Source of the DNA: Eledone cirrhosa
Lineage: Eukaryota
Reading direction: 5' to 3'
Assembly (NCBI GenBank): GCA_964016885.1
Contig: OZ024764.1
Location: 16,678,001 to 16,742,000 of the forward strand
Length of the DNA stretch: 64,000 nt
Of the stretch, positions 13,201 to 27,806 are shown piece after piece. The position numbers and the translations under genes were made by a program. Numbering within the stretch: the first letter of the stretch is position 1; every line of letters begins with the position of its first letter. The notes below the pieces were generated by a model. That model had not been told where the DNA came from, ran no database searches, and saw only the letters and a program-made list of their open reading frames with translations.

Positions 13201-16200
13201 CAGGTGTGTGTCACCAGGGGTTGTACAGGTAGATGTGAGGACAGGTGAGTGTCACCAGGGGTTGTACAGGTAGGTGTGAGGACAGGTGAGTGTCACCAGG
13301 GGTTGTACAGGTAAGTGAGGACAGGTGAGTGTCACCAGGGGTTGTACAGGTAGATGTGAGGTCAGGTGAGTGTCACCAGGGATTGTACAGGTAGATGTGA
13401 GGACAAGTGAGTGTCACCAGGGGTTGTACAGGTAGATGTGAGGACAGGTGAGTGTCACCAGGGGTTGTACAGGTAGGTGTGAGGACAGGTGAGTGTCACC
13501 AGGGGTTGTACAGGTAGGTGTGAGGACAGGTGAGTGTCACCAGGGGTTGTACAGGTAGATGTGAGGACAGGTGAGTGTCATCAGGGGTTGTACAGGTAGA
13601 TGTGAGGACAGGTGTGTGTCACCAGGGGTTGTACAGGTAGATGTGAGGACAGGTGAGTGTCACCAGGGGTTGTACAGGTAGATGTGAGGACAGGTGTGTG
13701 TCACCAGGGGTTGTACAGGTAGATGTGAGGACAGGTGAGTGTCACCAGGGGTTGTACAGGTAGGTGTGAGGACAGGTGAGTGTCACCAGGGGTTGTACAG
13801 GTAAGTGAGGACAGGTGAGTGTCACCAGGGGTTGTACAGGTAGATGTGAGGACAGGTGAGTGTCACCAGGGGTTGTACAGGTAAGTGAGGACAGGTGAGT
13901 GTCACCAGGGGTTGTACAGGTAGATGTGAGGACAGGTGAGTGTCATCAGGGGTTGTACAGGTAGATGTGAGGACAGGTGTGTGTCACCAGGGGTTGTACA
14001 GGTAGATGTGAGGAGAGGTGAGTGTCACCAGGGGTTGTACAGGTAGATGTGAGGACAGGTGAGTGTCATCAGGGGTTGTACAGGTAGATGTGAGGACAGG
14101 TGTGTGTCACCAGGGGTTGTACAGGTAGATGTGAGGACAGGTGAGTGTCACCAGGGGTTGTACAGGTAGATGTGAGGACAGGTGTGTGTCACCAGGGGTT
14201 GTACAGGTAGATGTGAAGACAGGTGAGTGTCACCAGGGGTTGTACAGGTAGGTGTGAGGACAGGTGAGTGTCACCAGGGGTTGTACAGGTAAGTGAGGAC
14301 AGGTGAGTGTCACCAGGGGTTGTACAGGTAGATGTGAGGACAGGTGAGTGTCACCAGGGGTTGTACAGGTAAGTGAGGACAGGTGAGTGTCACCAGGGGT
14401 TGTACAGGTAGATGTGAGGACAGGTGAGTGTCACCAGGGGTTGTACAGGTAGATGTGAGGACAGGTGAGTGTCACCAGGGGTTGTACAGGTAGATGTGAG
14501 GACAGGTGAGTGTCACCAGGGGTTGTACAGGTAGATGTGAGGACAGGTGAGTGTCACCAGGGGTTGTACAGGTAGATGTGAGGACAGGTGAGTGTCATCA
14601 GGGGTTGTACAGGTAAGTGAGGACAGGTGAGTGTCACCAGGGGTTGTACAGGTAGATGTGAGGACAGGTGAGTGTCACCAGAGGTTGTACAGGTAGATGT
14701 GAGGACAGGTAAGTGTCACCAGGGGTTGTACAGGTAGATGTGAGGACAGGTGAGTGTCATCAGGGGTTGTACAGGTAAGTGAGGACAGGTGAGTGTCACC
14801 AGGGGTTGTACAGGTAGATGTGAGGACAGGTGAGTGTCACCAGGGGTTGTACAGGTAGATGTGAGGACAGGTGAGTGTCACCAGGGGTTGTACAGGTAGA
14901 TGTGGGGACAGGTGAGTGTCACCAGGGGTTGTACAGGTAGATGTGAGGACAGGTAAGTGTCACCAGGGGTTGTACAGGTAGATGTGAGGACAGGTGAGTG
15001 TCACCAGGGGTTGTACAGGTAGATGTGAGGAGAGGTGAGTGTCATCAGGGGTTGTACAGGTAGATGTGGGGTCAGGTGAGTGTCACCAGGGGTTGTACAG
15101 GTAGATGTGAGGACAGGTGAGTGTCATCAGGGGTTGTACAGGTAGATGTGGGGTCAGGTGAGTGTCACCAGGGGTTGTACAGGTAGATGTGAGGACAAGT
15201 GAGTGTCATCAGGGGTTGTACAGGTAGATGTGGGGTCAGGTGAGTGTCACCAGGGGTTGTACAGGTAGATGTGAGGAGAGGTGAGTGTCATCAGGGGTTG
15301 TACAGGTAGATGTGGGGTCAGGTGAGTGTCACCAGGGGTTGTACAGGTAGATGTGAGGACAGGTGAGTGTCATCAGGGGTTGTACAGGTAGATGTGGGGT
15401 CAGGTGAGTGTCACCAGGGGTTGTACAGGTAGATGTGAGGACAAGTGAGTGTCACCAGGGGTTGTACAGGTAGATGTGAGGACAGGTGAGTGTCATCAGG
15501 GGTTGTACAGGTAAGTGAGGACAGGTGAGTGTCACCAGAGGTTGTACAGGTAGATGTGAGGACAGGTGAGTGTCACCAGGGGTTGTACAGGTAGATGTGA
15601 GGACAGGTGAGTGTCACCAGGGGTTGTACAGGTAGATGTGAGGACAGGTGAGGGTCACCAGAGGTTGTACAGGTAGATGTGAGGAGAGGTGAGTGTCACC
15701 AGGGGTTGTACAGGTAGATGTGAGGACAGGTGAGTGTCACCAGGGGTTGTACAGGTAGATGTGAGGACAGGTGAGTGTCACCAGGGGTTGTACAGGTAGA
15801 TGTGAGGACAGGTGAGTGTCACCAGGGGTTGTGTACAGGTAGATGTGAGGACAGGTGAGTGTCACCAGGGGTTGTACAGGTAGATGTGAGGACAGGTGAG
15901 GGTCACCAGAGGTTGTACAGGTAGATGTGAGGAGAGGTGAGTGTCACCAGGGGTTGTACAGGTAGATGTGAGGACAGGTGAGTGTCACCAGGGGTTGTAC
16001 AGGTAGATGTGAGGACAGGTGAGTGTCACCAGGGGTTGTACAGGTAGATGTGAGGACAGGTGAGTGTCACCAGGGGTTGTACAGGTAGATGTGAGGACAG
16101 GTGAGTGTCACCAGGGGTTGTACAGGTAGATGTGAGGAGAGGTGAGTGTCACCAGGGGTTGTACAGGTAGATGTGAGGACAGGTGAGTGTCACCAGGGGT

Positions 16201-18980
16201 TGTACAGGTAGATGTGAGGACAGGTGAGTGTCACCAGGGGTTGTACAGGTAGATGTGAGGACAGGTGAGTGTCACCAGGGGTTGTACAGGTAGATGTGAG
16301 GACAGGTGAGTGTCACCAGGGGTTGTACAGGTAGATGTGAGGAGAGGTGAGTGTCACCAGGGGTTGTACAGGTAGATGTGAGGACAGGTGAGTGTCATCA
16401 GGGGTTGTACAGGTAAGTGAGGACAGGTGAGTGTCACCAGAGGTTGTACAGGTAGATGTGAGGACAGGTGAGTGTCACCAGGGGTTGTACAGGTAGATGT
16501 GAGGACAGGTGAGTGTCACCAGGGGTTGTACAGGTAGATGTGAGGAGAGGTGAGTGTCACCAGGGGTTGTACAGGTAGATGTGAGGACAGGTGAGTGTCA
16601 CCAGGGGTTGTACAGGTAGATGTGAGGACAGGTGAGTGTCACCAGGGATTGTACAGGTAGATGTGAGGACAGGTGAGTGTCACCAGGGGTTGTACAGGTA
16701 GATGTGAGGACAGGTGAGTGTCACCAGGGGTTGTACAGGTAGATGTGAGGACAGGTGAGTGTCACCAGGGATTGTACAGGTAGATGTGAGGACAGGTGAG
16801 TGTCACCAGGGGTTGTACAGGTAGATGTGAGGACAGGTGAGTGTCACCAGGGGTTGTACAGGTAGATGTGAGGAGAGGTGAGTGTCACCAGGGGTTGTAC
16901 AGGTAGATGTGAGGACAGGTGAGTGTCACCAGGGGTTGTACAGGTAGATGTGAGGACAGGTGAGTGTCACCAGGGGTTGTACAGGTAGATGTGAGGAGAG
17001 GTGAGTGTCACCAGGGGTTGTACAGGTAGATGTGAGGACAGGTGAGTGTCACCAGGGGTTGTACAGGTAGATGTGAGGACAGGTGAGTGTCACCAGGGGT
17101 TGTACAGGTAGATGTGAGGACAGGTGAGTGTCACCAGGGGTTGTACAGGTAGATGTGAGGACAGGTGAGTGTCACCAGGGGTTGTACAGGTAGATGTGAG
17201 GAGAGGTGAGTGTCACCAGGGGTTGTACAGGTAGATGTGAGGACAGGTGAGTGTCACCAGGGGTTGTACAGGTAAGTGAGGACAGGTGAGTGTCACCAGG
17301 GGTTGTACAGGTAGATGTGAGGACAGGTGAGTGTCACCAGAGGTTGTACAGGTAGATGTGAGGAGAGGTGAGTGTCACCAGGGGTTGTACAGGTAGATGT
17401 GAGGACAGGTGAGTGTCACCAGGGGTTGTACAGGTAGATGTGAGGACAGGTGAGTGTCACCAGGGGTTGTACAGGTAGATGTGAGGACAGGTGTGTGTCA
17501 CCAGGGGTTGTACAGGTAGATGTGAGGACAGGTGAGTGTCACCAGGGGTTGTACAGGTAGATGTGAGGACAGGTGAGTGTCACCAGGGGTTGTACAGGTA
17601 GATGTGAGGACAGGTGAGTGTCACCAGGGGTTGTACAGGTAGATGTGAGGACAGGTGAGTGTCACCAGGGGTTGTACAGGTAGATGTGAGGACAGGTGAG
17701 TGTCACCAGGGGTTGTACAGGTAGATGTGAGGACAGGTGAGTGTCACCAGGGGTTGTACAGGTAGATGTGAGGACAGGTGAGTGTCACCAGGGGTTGTAC
17801 AGGTAGATGTGAGGACAGGTGAGTGTCACCAGGGGTTGTACAGGTGAGTGTCATCAGGGGTTGTACAGGTAGATGTGAGGACAGGTGAGTGTCATCAGGG
17901 GTTGTACAGGTAGGTGTGAGGACAGGTGAGTGTCACCAGGGGTTGTACAGGTAGATGTGAGGACAGGTGAGTGTCATCAGGCATTGTACAGGTAGATGTG
18001 AGGACAGGTGAGTGTCATCAGGGGTTGTACAGGTAGATGTGAGGACAGGTGAGTGTCATCAGGGGTTGTACAGGTAGATGTGAGGACAGGTGAGTGTCAT
18101 CAGAGGTTGTACAGGTAGATGTGAGGACAGGTGAGTGTCATCAGGGGTTGTACAGGTAAGTGAGGACAGGTGTGTGTCACCAGAGGTTGTACAGGTAAGT
18201 GAGGACAGGTGATTGTCACCAGGGGTTGTACAGGTAGATGTGAGGTCAGGTGTGTGTCACCAGGGGTTGTACAGGTAGATGTGAGGACAGGTGAGTGTCA
18301 CCAGGGGTTGTACAGGTAAGTGAGGACAGGTGTGTGTCACCAGGGGTTGTACAGGTAGGTGTGGGGTCAGGTGTGTGTCATCAGGGGTTGTACAGGTAGA
18401 TGTGAGGACAGGTGAGTGTCATCAGGGGTTGTACAGGTAGATGTGAGGACAGGTGAGTGTCATCAGGGGTTGTACAGGTAGATGTGAGGACAGGTGAGTG
18501 TCATCAGGGGTTGTACAGGTAGATGTGGGGTCAGGTGAGTGTCATCAGGTGTTGTACAGGTAGATGTGAGGACAGGTAAGTGTCACCAGGGGTTGTACAG
18601 GTAGATGTGAGGACAGGTGAGTGTCACCAGGGGTTGTACAGGTAGGTGTGAGGACAGGTGAGTGTCATCAGGGGTTTTACAGGTAGATGTGAGGACAGGT
18701 GAGTGTCACCAGGGGTTGTACAGGTAGATGTGAGGGCAGGTGAGTGTCACCAGGGGTTGTACAGGTAGATGTGAGGACAGGTGAGTGTCACCAGGGGTTG
18801 TACAGGTAGGTGTGGGGACAGGTGAGTGTCACCAGGGGTTGTACAGGTAGGTGTGAGGACAGGTGAGTGTCACCAGGGGTTGTACAGGTAGATGTGAGGA
18901 CAGGTGAGTGTCACCAGGGGTTGTACAGGTAGATGTGAGGACAGGTGAGTGTCATCAGGGGTTGTACAGGTAGATGTGAC
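10232..18980. repeat. 41-bp satellite, ~8.7 kb, ~210 copies
   Basis: ACAGGTGAGTGTCACCAGGGGTTGTACAGGTAGATGTGAGG. Confidence 0.98.
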
Positions 18981-19253
18981 TACAGGTAGGTCAGTAGATT
19001 TCATGGTGGGGTATGAAAGGCATGATGACAGGGAGGGCATACCTGGGATAGCTTCTGAGATGCTAAAAATATCTATAAAAGTAGAACAGGTGTTCATTAC
19101 CAGACATAGTCATTGATGCAGGACAGAAACTGTCATGCCCTGTGCCCCCGGGAGTAGTAACATCATCCAGTCATGGGGGACTGAGTTATCATAGAGAGGG
19201 AATTAGTCAACTGATACTTAAAACATTTCTTCACAAATTAAAATCTTCCAACT

Positions 19254-20858
19254 TAAATTTAGACCAGTTTCAGGCAGGTTTGTCTCTAAATTTAGACCAG
19301 TTTCAGGCAGGTTTGTCTCTAAATTTAGACCAGTTTCAGGCAGGTTTGTCTCTAAATTTAGACCAGTTTCAGGCAGGTTTGTCTCTAAATTTAGACCAGT
19401 TTCAGGCAGGTTTGTCTCTAAATCTAGACCAGTTTCAGGCAGGTTTGTCTCTAAATCTAGACCAGTTTCAGGCAGGTTTGTCTCTAAATCTAGACCAGTT
19501 TCAGGCAGGTTTGTCTCTAAATTTAGACCAGTTTCAGGCAGGTTTGTCTCTAAATTTAGACCAGTTTCAGGCAGGTTTGTCTCTAAATTTAGACCAGTTT
19601 CAGGCAGGTTTGTCTCTAAATTTAGACCAGTTTCAGGCAGGTTTGTCTCTAAATTTAGACCAGTTTCAGGCAGGTTTGTCTCTAAATCTAGACCAGTTTC
19701 AGGCAGGTTTGTCTCTAAATTTAGACCAGTTTCAGGCAGGTTTGTCTCTAAATTTAGACCAGTTTCAGGCAGGTTTGTCTCTAAATTTAGACCAGTTTCA
19801 GGCAGGTTTGTCTCTAAATCTAGACCAGTTTCAGGCAGGTTTGTCTCTAAATCTAGACCAGTTTCAGGCAGGTTTGTCTCTAAATCTAGACCAGTTTCAG
19901 GCAGGTTTGTCTCTAAATCTAGACCAGTTTCAGGCAGGTTTGTCTCTAAATCTAGACCAGTTTCAGGCAGGTTTGTCTGTAAATCTAGACCAGTTTCAGG
20001 CAGGTTTGTCTCTAAATTTAGACCAGTTTCAGGCAGGTTTGTCTCTAAATTTAGACCAGTTTCAGGCAGGTTTGTCTCTAAATTTAGACCAGTTTCAGGC
20101 AGGTTTGTCTCTAAATCTAGACCAGTTTCAGGCAGGTTTGTCTCTAAATTTAGACCAGTTTCAGGCAGGTTTGTCTCTAAATTTAGACCAGTTTCAGGCA
20201 AGTTTGTCTCTAAATTTAGACCAGTTTCAGGCAGGTTTGTCTCTAAATCTAGACCAGTTTCAGGCAGGTTTGTCTCTAAATCTAGACCAGTTTCAGGCAG
20301 GTGTCTCTAAATCTAGACCAGTTTCAGGCAGGTTTGTCTCTAAATTTAGACCAGTTTCAGGCAGGTTTGTCTCTAAATTTAGACCAGTTTCAGGCAGGTT
20401 TGTCTCTAAATTTAGACCAGTTTCAGGCAGGTTTGTCTCTAAATCTAGACCAGTTTCAGGCAGGTTTGTCTCTAAATCTAGACCAGTTTCAGGCAGGTTT
20501 GTCTCTAAATCTAGACCAGTTTCAGGCAGGTTTGTCTCTAAATCTAGACCAGTTTCAGGCAGGTTTGTCTCTAAATTTAGACCAGTTTCAGGCAGGTTTG
20601 TCTCTAAATTTAGACCAGTTTCAGGCAGGTTTGTCTCTAAATTTAGACCAGTTTCAGGCAGGTTTGTCTCTAAATCTAGACCAGTTTCAGGCAGGTTTGT
20701 CTCTAAATCTAGACCAGTTTCAGGCAGGTTTGTCTCTAAATCTAGACCAGTTTCAGGCAGGTTTGTCTCTAAATTTAGACCAGTTTCAGGCAGGTTTGTC
20801 TCTAAATTTAGACCAGTTTCAGGCAGGTTTGTCTCTAAATCTAGAGTAGTTTCAGGTG
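19254..20858. repeat. 33-bp minisatellite, ~48 copies
   Basis: AAATYTAGACCAGTTTCAGGCAGGTTTGTCTCT. Confidence 0.97.
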
Positions 20859-20930
20859 TTTGGTAACAAAAACATTAAAGAGTTGCTGTTTAAATTAAAA
20901 TCTTCCAACTATTTTATAAAGGATCCTCAT

Positions 20931-21336
20931 TTAAATTCTTTTGTTACCATATTTCTAATGAAATACACAGCCTGTGTGTTTCAACTAACTTGGTAAATAT
21001 TCCTAAAATTCAGAGGAATTTAATGAAACAACCAAGTTTTTATTAGTAAGCTGATGTTTAGAACATTTCTTAACATAAATTTCTAAAATAAACTTATTCC
21101 AACTTAATTTTAGACAGGAATCTTCATTTAATTTTGTAAATATTAAAATATTTAGAGGAATTTAATAAAATAACTGAATTTTTCATTTGTAAACTGGTAT
21201 TTACAGTGTTAAGAAAAAATTTCTAAAATAAAATTTTGATGAAAAGATTAAATTTAAGGATTAAATATTTTAAATTGAGAAGTTTTCTAGTATAAATCCA
21301 GGGCTGTTCCAAGGGGTTTGGTATCAAAAGGGTTAA
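20931..21336 (+). mobile_element. Second TTAA-flanked MITE family
   Basis: TTAA..CTTTTGTTACCA...TGGTATCAAAAGGG|TTAA. A related left end is repeated 3x (~116 bp) at 55256-55605. Confidence 0.55.
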
Positions 21337-23508
21337 CGCTTTATCATTTAAACCAGCCGTATCTGGCTGTTCAAACCAGCTGTAACCAGGCCCTCATACT
21401 GATGTTAACCCTTTAGCATTCACATTACTCTATATATATACTATTATATTTTCATGGTAAAGGCTTTACCTCGCATAATTATGTCACATAATATCGAATC
21501 TATGAGATTTTGAAAGTATTTATTTTGAGAACAATACCTTAACATCAGTTTGAGTGACCAGTTACAGCCAGTTTCAACAGAAAGAGGTAGAAAATTCTGG
21601 CCGGTTTGAACATTAAAGGGTTAAGGTATTGTTCCCAAAATAAATAACATCAAAATCTCATAGATTCAATATTATACGAGATAATTAGGTAATGCCTTTA
21701 CTGTGAAAATACAATAGTATATATAGGGTAATGTAAATGTTATGTGAGATATTATGTGAGGTAAAGCCTTTACTGTGAAAATACAATAGTATATATAGAG
21801 TAATGTAAATGTTATGTGAGATATTATGTGAGGTAAAGCCTTTACTGTGAAAATACAATAGTATATATAGAGTTATGTGAGATATTATGTGAGGTAAAGC
21901 CTTTACTGTGAAAATACGATAGTATATATAGAGTAATGTAAATGTTATGTGAGATATTATGTGAGGTAAAGCCTTTACTGTGAAAATACAATAGTATATA
22001 TAGAGTAATGTAAATGTTATGTGAGATATTATGTGAGGTAAAGCCTTTACTGTGAAAATACAATAGTATATATAGAGTAATGTAAATGTTATGTGAGATA
22101 TTATGTGAGGTAAAGCCTTTACTGTGAAAATACAATAGTATATATAGAGTAATGTAAATGTTATGTGAGATATTATGTGAGGTAAAGCCTTTACTGTGAA
22201 AATACAATAATATAGAGTAATGTAAATGTTATGTGAGATATTATGTGAGGTAAAGTTTTTACTGTGAAAATACAATAGTATATATAGAGTAATGTAAATG
22301 TTATGTGAGGTAAAGCCTTTACTGTGAAAATACAATAGTATATATAGAGTTATGTAAATGTTATGTGAGATATTATGTGAGGTAAAGCCTTTACTGTGAA
22401 AATACAATAGTATATATAGAGTAATGTAAATGTTATGTGAGATATTATGTGAGGTAAAGCCTTTACTGTGAAAATATAATAGTATATATAGAGTAATGTA
22501 AATGTTATGTGAGATATTATGTGTGGTAAAGCCTTTACTGTGAAAATACAATAGTATATATAGAGTAATGTAAATGTTATGTGAGATATTATGTGTGGTA
22601 AAGCCTTTACTGTGAAAATACAATAGTATATATAGAGTAATGTAAATGTTATGTGAGATATTATGTGTGGTAAAGCCTTTACTGTGAAAATACAATAGTG
22701 TATATAGAGTAATGTAAATGTTATGCGAGATATTATGTTAGGTAAAGCCTTTACTGTGAAAATATAATAGTATATATAGAGTAATGTAAATGTTATGTGA
22801 GATATTATGTGAGGTAAAGCCTTTACTGTGACAATACAATAGTGTATATAGAGTAATGTAAATGTTATGTGAGATATTATGTGAGGTAAAGCCTTTACTG
22901 TGACAATACAATAGTATATATAGAGTAATGTAAATGTTATGTGAGATATTATGTGAGGTAAAGCCTTTACTGTGACAATACAATAGTATATATAGAGTAA
23001 TGTAAATGCTATGTGAGATATTATGTGAGGTAAAGCCTTTACTGTGAAAATACAATAGTATATATAGAGTAATGTAAATGTTATGTGAGATATTATGTGA
23101 GGTAAAGCCTTTACTGTGACAATACAATAGTATATATAGAGTAATGTAAATGTTATGTGTGATATTATGTGAGGTAAAGCCTTTACTGTGAAAATACAAT
23201 AGTATATATAGAGTAATGTAAATGTTATGTGAGGTAAAGCCTTTACTGTGAAAATACAATAGTATATATAGAGTAATGTAAATGCTATGTGAGATATTAT
23301 GTGAGGTAAAGCCTTTACTGTGACAATACAATAGTATATATAGAGTAATGTAAATGTTATGTGAGATATTATGTGAGGTAAAGCCTTTACTGTGAAAATA
23401 CAATAGTATATATAGAGTAATGTAAATGTTATGTGAGATATTATGTGAGGTAAAGCCTTTACTGTGAAAATACAATAGTATATATAGAGTAATGTAAATG
23501 CTAAAGGG
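21337..23508 (-). mobile_element. piggyBac-type MITE carrying ~25 copies of a 72-bp unit
   Basis: Ends AATGCTAAAGGG|TTAA, tandem array at ~21690-23500. Confidence 0.85.
21409..21620 (+). mobile_element. piggyBac-type MITE, complete, TTAA TSD
   Basis: TTAA|CCCTTTAGCATT...CATTAAAGGG|TTAA, nested in the internal TTAA of another family member. Confidence 0.85.
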
Positions 23509-24309
23509 TTAAAGTGACTGGGAATACCATACAGGTTGGGTGTCATACGAAAGGTATCTTTGCTAGGTACAGCACACATTTTGAGAAAAGTACTATTTAT
23601 CTGAGGTCCTTGTGACTTGACAGATCACTAAATACCCGGTGCATTATCGATCTGCACTGCGTGACAGATCGATAATAATAATAATATTAATTATGCACCT
23701 TTGATGAGTTGTAGTGCACCTGGGCACCATACACAATAATTTCATTATTTTATCTACGAGTTTGTGTGCATGTGTGTGTGTTTGCGTGTGTATGAGTGTG
23801 TGCAAGTATGTGTGTGTAAGCACGTGTATTTGTGTGTGAGTATGTGTGTGTGCGTATGTGTGTGTGCGTATGTATGTATGAGTACGTGTATGTGTGTATG
23901 AGTACGTTTGTGTGTCTGTGTGTATGAGTACGTGTGTGTTCATGTATCAATACGTGTGTGTGTATGTGTATGTTTGTATGCATATGTATGAGTACGTGTG
24001 TGAGTACGTATGTATGTATGAGTACGTGTGTGCGTATGTATGTATGAGTACGTGTGTGAGTACGTATGTATGTATGAGTACGTGTGTGTATGCGTATGTA
24101 CGTGTGTATGAGTACATGTATGTGTGTATGCTTGAGTAAGTGTATGAGTGTGAACGAGTACGTATGTGTGTGTGTGTGAGTGAGTGTGTGTACGTATGTG
24201 AGTATTAGTACGTGTATATGTATGTTGTGTGACTATGAGTGAGTGTATGTGTGCACCACATACAGGTGGATGGTATGTGATGTAGTGGAGAACTCTTCAG
24301 AGAGCTTTA

Positions 24310-24422
<113 letters not shown>

Positions 24423-24951
24423 GTGTGTAGATATGTCAGGTCGCTCTCCAGTGCTACTGGTAACATGTAACCCAGTACAACCTGTCTCATGGTCGGGTTG
24501 TCGGCAACTAAACCGGCAACCCCACCAAGTTTGCTTGGTGAGGAGGGGGATATTTGGACACCCTGCAAAGGGTGGAGGAACTCAGCAGAGTCAACGGCCA
24601 TCCAAATAGTAGTTGTTGTTTTGTTTTGTTGTTTTTTTCACCTGGGAGTGAAAGGCCCCCGCCCAATTGTTGTCACAACACCTTTCTAGGAGAGGGAAAC
24701 TCTGAAAAAAAAACCTGTGGCTTCGGTAGCATCCGATGATGTTGACCAGTTCTCCTTTTTGGGTGGTGTTTTTGATGCTCAGAGAGTGGGATTGGTCGAG
24801 TGCAAGGCCTTTCCCCACTTAAAAAAACCTTCAAAGCTCAGGCATTGCTTGCTCAGGATCTGTCACAAGTTTGTGTGGCTGGCCGTAGCCTAAAAGTGCA
24901 CCAAACTCTATAATCTGACAAGTGATTGCAGCACTCTTAGCAGAGTTTGTA

Positions 24952-25043
<92 letters not shown>

Positions 25044-25172
25044 ATACATATATATACACATACATACATATATATATATATACACATACATATATATATA
25101 CACATACATATATATATATACACATACATATATATATATACACATACGTACATATATATATATACACATACG

Positions 25173-25204
<32 letters not shown>

Positions 25205-25247
25205 CGTACATATATATATATATACACATACGTACATACATATATAT

Positions 25248-25286
<39 letters not shown>

Positions 25287-25356
25287 CATATATATATATA
25301 CACATACGTACATATATATATATACACATACGTACATATATATATATACACATACG

Positions 25357-25388
<32 letters not shown>

Positions 25389-25431
25389 CGTACATATATA
25401 TATATATACACATACGTACATACATATATAT

Positions 25432-25463
<32 letters not shown>

Positions 25464-25517
25464 ACATACATATATATATATACACATACGTACATATATA
25501 TATATACACATACGTAC

Positions 25518-25548
<31 letters not shown>

Positions 25549-26299
25549 TACCTGCTCACGTCATTATACGTAAATTCGTATTGACATTTATATATCGTAT
25601 GTATATATATATATATACACTCACATGCATAATTACATGATAATGCACTCCATACTCTCTATATATGTATATGTGTGTGTATATGTATGTATGTATCTAT
25701 ATAAGTGTCTGTGGATGTGTGTGTATGCATCTATATATATGTCTGTGGATGTGTGTGTGTGTATGTATGTATATATAAGTGTGTGGATGTGTGTGTATGT
25801 ATGTATCTATATATAAGTGTGTGTGTATATGTATGTATGCATCTATATATAAGTGTATGTGGATGTGTGTGTATGTATGTATCTATATATAAGTGTCTGT
25901 GGATGTGTGTGTGTGTGTGTGTGTATATATATGTCTCTGTGGATGTGTGTGGATGTGTGTGGATGTATGCATCTATATATAAGTGTCTGTGGATGTGTGT
26001 GTATGCCTCTATATATAAGTGTCTGTGGATGTGTGTGTATGTATGCATCTATATATAAATGTCTGTGGATGTGTGTGTATGTATGCATGCCTCTATATAT
26101 AAGTCTCTGTGGATGTGTGTGTATGCATCTGTGTATGTATGCATCTGTGTATGTATGCATCTGTGTGTGTATGCATCTGTGTATGTATGCATCTGTGTAT
26201 GTATGCATCTGTGTATGTATGCATATGTGTATGTATGCATATGTGTGTGTATGCATCTGTGAATGTGTGTACATGGTGGTAGTGGAACTATGGTGTGTG

Positions 26300-26334
<35 letters not shown>

Positions 26335-26776
26335 CTAGGTCTATATGTGAGAAATAGAAAGATCGAGAGCTTCACCACACTAAATACATCAACAGTGACA
26401 AAGGGGTTGGTCTGGTGTTGACTTCATTAACATTTGAACCGAAACCCACACTACATAGCACAAAGCACTGTCACTCTACAGGTTCTTCATACATATATTA
26501 GACATACACACATATAAATATAAATATATATATATAGAGAGAGAGATAGCACATATATATATAGCACATATATATATAGCACACATATATATATATAGCA
26601 CATATATATATATATATAGCACATATATATATATAATATATATATATAGCACATATATATATATATAGCACATATATATATATAATATATGTATATAGCA
26701 CATATATATATAGCACACATATATATATATATATAATATATGTATATAGCACATATATATACATATTTAAATATAT

Positions 26777-26842
<66 letters not shown>

Positions 26843-27287
26843 AATTGATGTGTTTATGTCAGATTGAAATTTATCTAAGATGATTACGACAAAACAGTGA
26901 GTCATATATACACATAAAATGAGGATGGATGCTTATATATATATATATGTCATTCTGCCCATGTATGTATAATATATGTATATATATATATAGAGAGAGA
27001 GAGAGAGAAAGAGAGAGATGGAGAAATTGATAAATGTGTGTATATATCATGAGATAGTGTTAGGTAGACGTGAGTATATGTATATATATATATATATATA
27101 TAAATGAAAAGTATATATATATATATATTTATATTATTACACATCCTTTGAGCAATCATAGTTCTCCGGGCATCTGTTGTCCATATATATATATAGAGAG
27201 AGAGGGAGAGAGAGGGAGAGATGGAGATATTGATAAATGTGTGTATATATCATGAGATAGGTAGACGTGTGTATATGTGTATGTGTA

Positions 27288-27324
<37 letters not shown>

Positions 27325-27410
27325 GATGTGTAATAATCGCGTGTAAAAGTGACGAGAGGTCAAGATTTTATCTGTTTCAATATATATATATATCATTCTG
27401 CTCATGTGTG

Positions 27411-27445
<35 letters not shown>

Positions 27446-27688
27446 ATATGATGAGACAGAGGTGTATGTATGTACATATATATCATCATCGAGATAGATC
27501 AAAGTGTATATATATATATATATGTATGTGTGTGTATATATATATGATGAGACAGAGGTGTATATATGTATATATATCATCATAGAGATAGATCGAAGTG
27601 TATATATATATGTATATATATATGTATATATATGATGAGAGACAGAGGTATATATATGTATATATATCATGATAGAGGTAGATCAAAG

Positions 27689-27721
<33 letters not shown>

Positions 27722-27755
27722 AGATCAAAGTATATATATGTATATTTTGATAGCC

Positions 27756-27806
27756 AGATTCCTGATGATTTCTAAAGAATGAAACAGTTCTAGTCCTGTA
27801 GAATCT
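27756..27806 (+). ncRNA. Type I hammerhead ribozyme, family C
   Basis: AGAUUC / CUGAUGA / u-UUC-uaaa-GAA-u / GAAA / CAG-uucuaguc-CU-GUA / GAAUCU. Confidence 0.72.

Noticed and set aside
10232-18980. CRISPR-like array
   Set aside because: Head-to-tail units with no unique spacers, no cas genes and a eukaryotic context.
19142-20866. 574-aa ORF of LSLNLDQFQAG repeats
   Set aside because: Stop-free 33-bp minisatellite that is open in several frames and on both strands, with an internal frameshift and no splice context.
21685-23579. YFHSKGFTSHNISH repeat ORFs, also at 8.6, 40, 56 and 59 kb
   Set aside because: Translations of the 72-bp MITE-borne satellite.
24430-24958. Unique-looking segment as a possible exon
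   Set aside because: No similarity to HIP1 or any recognisable protein. More likely a retroelement fragment.
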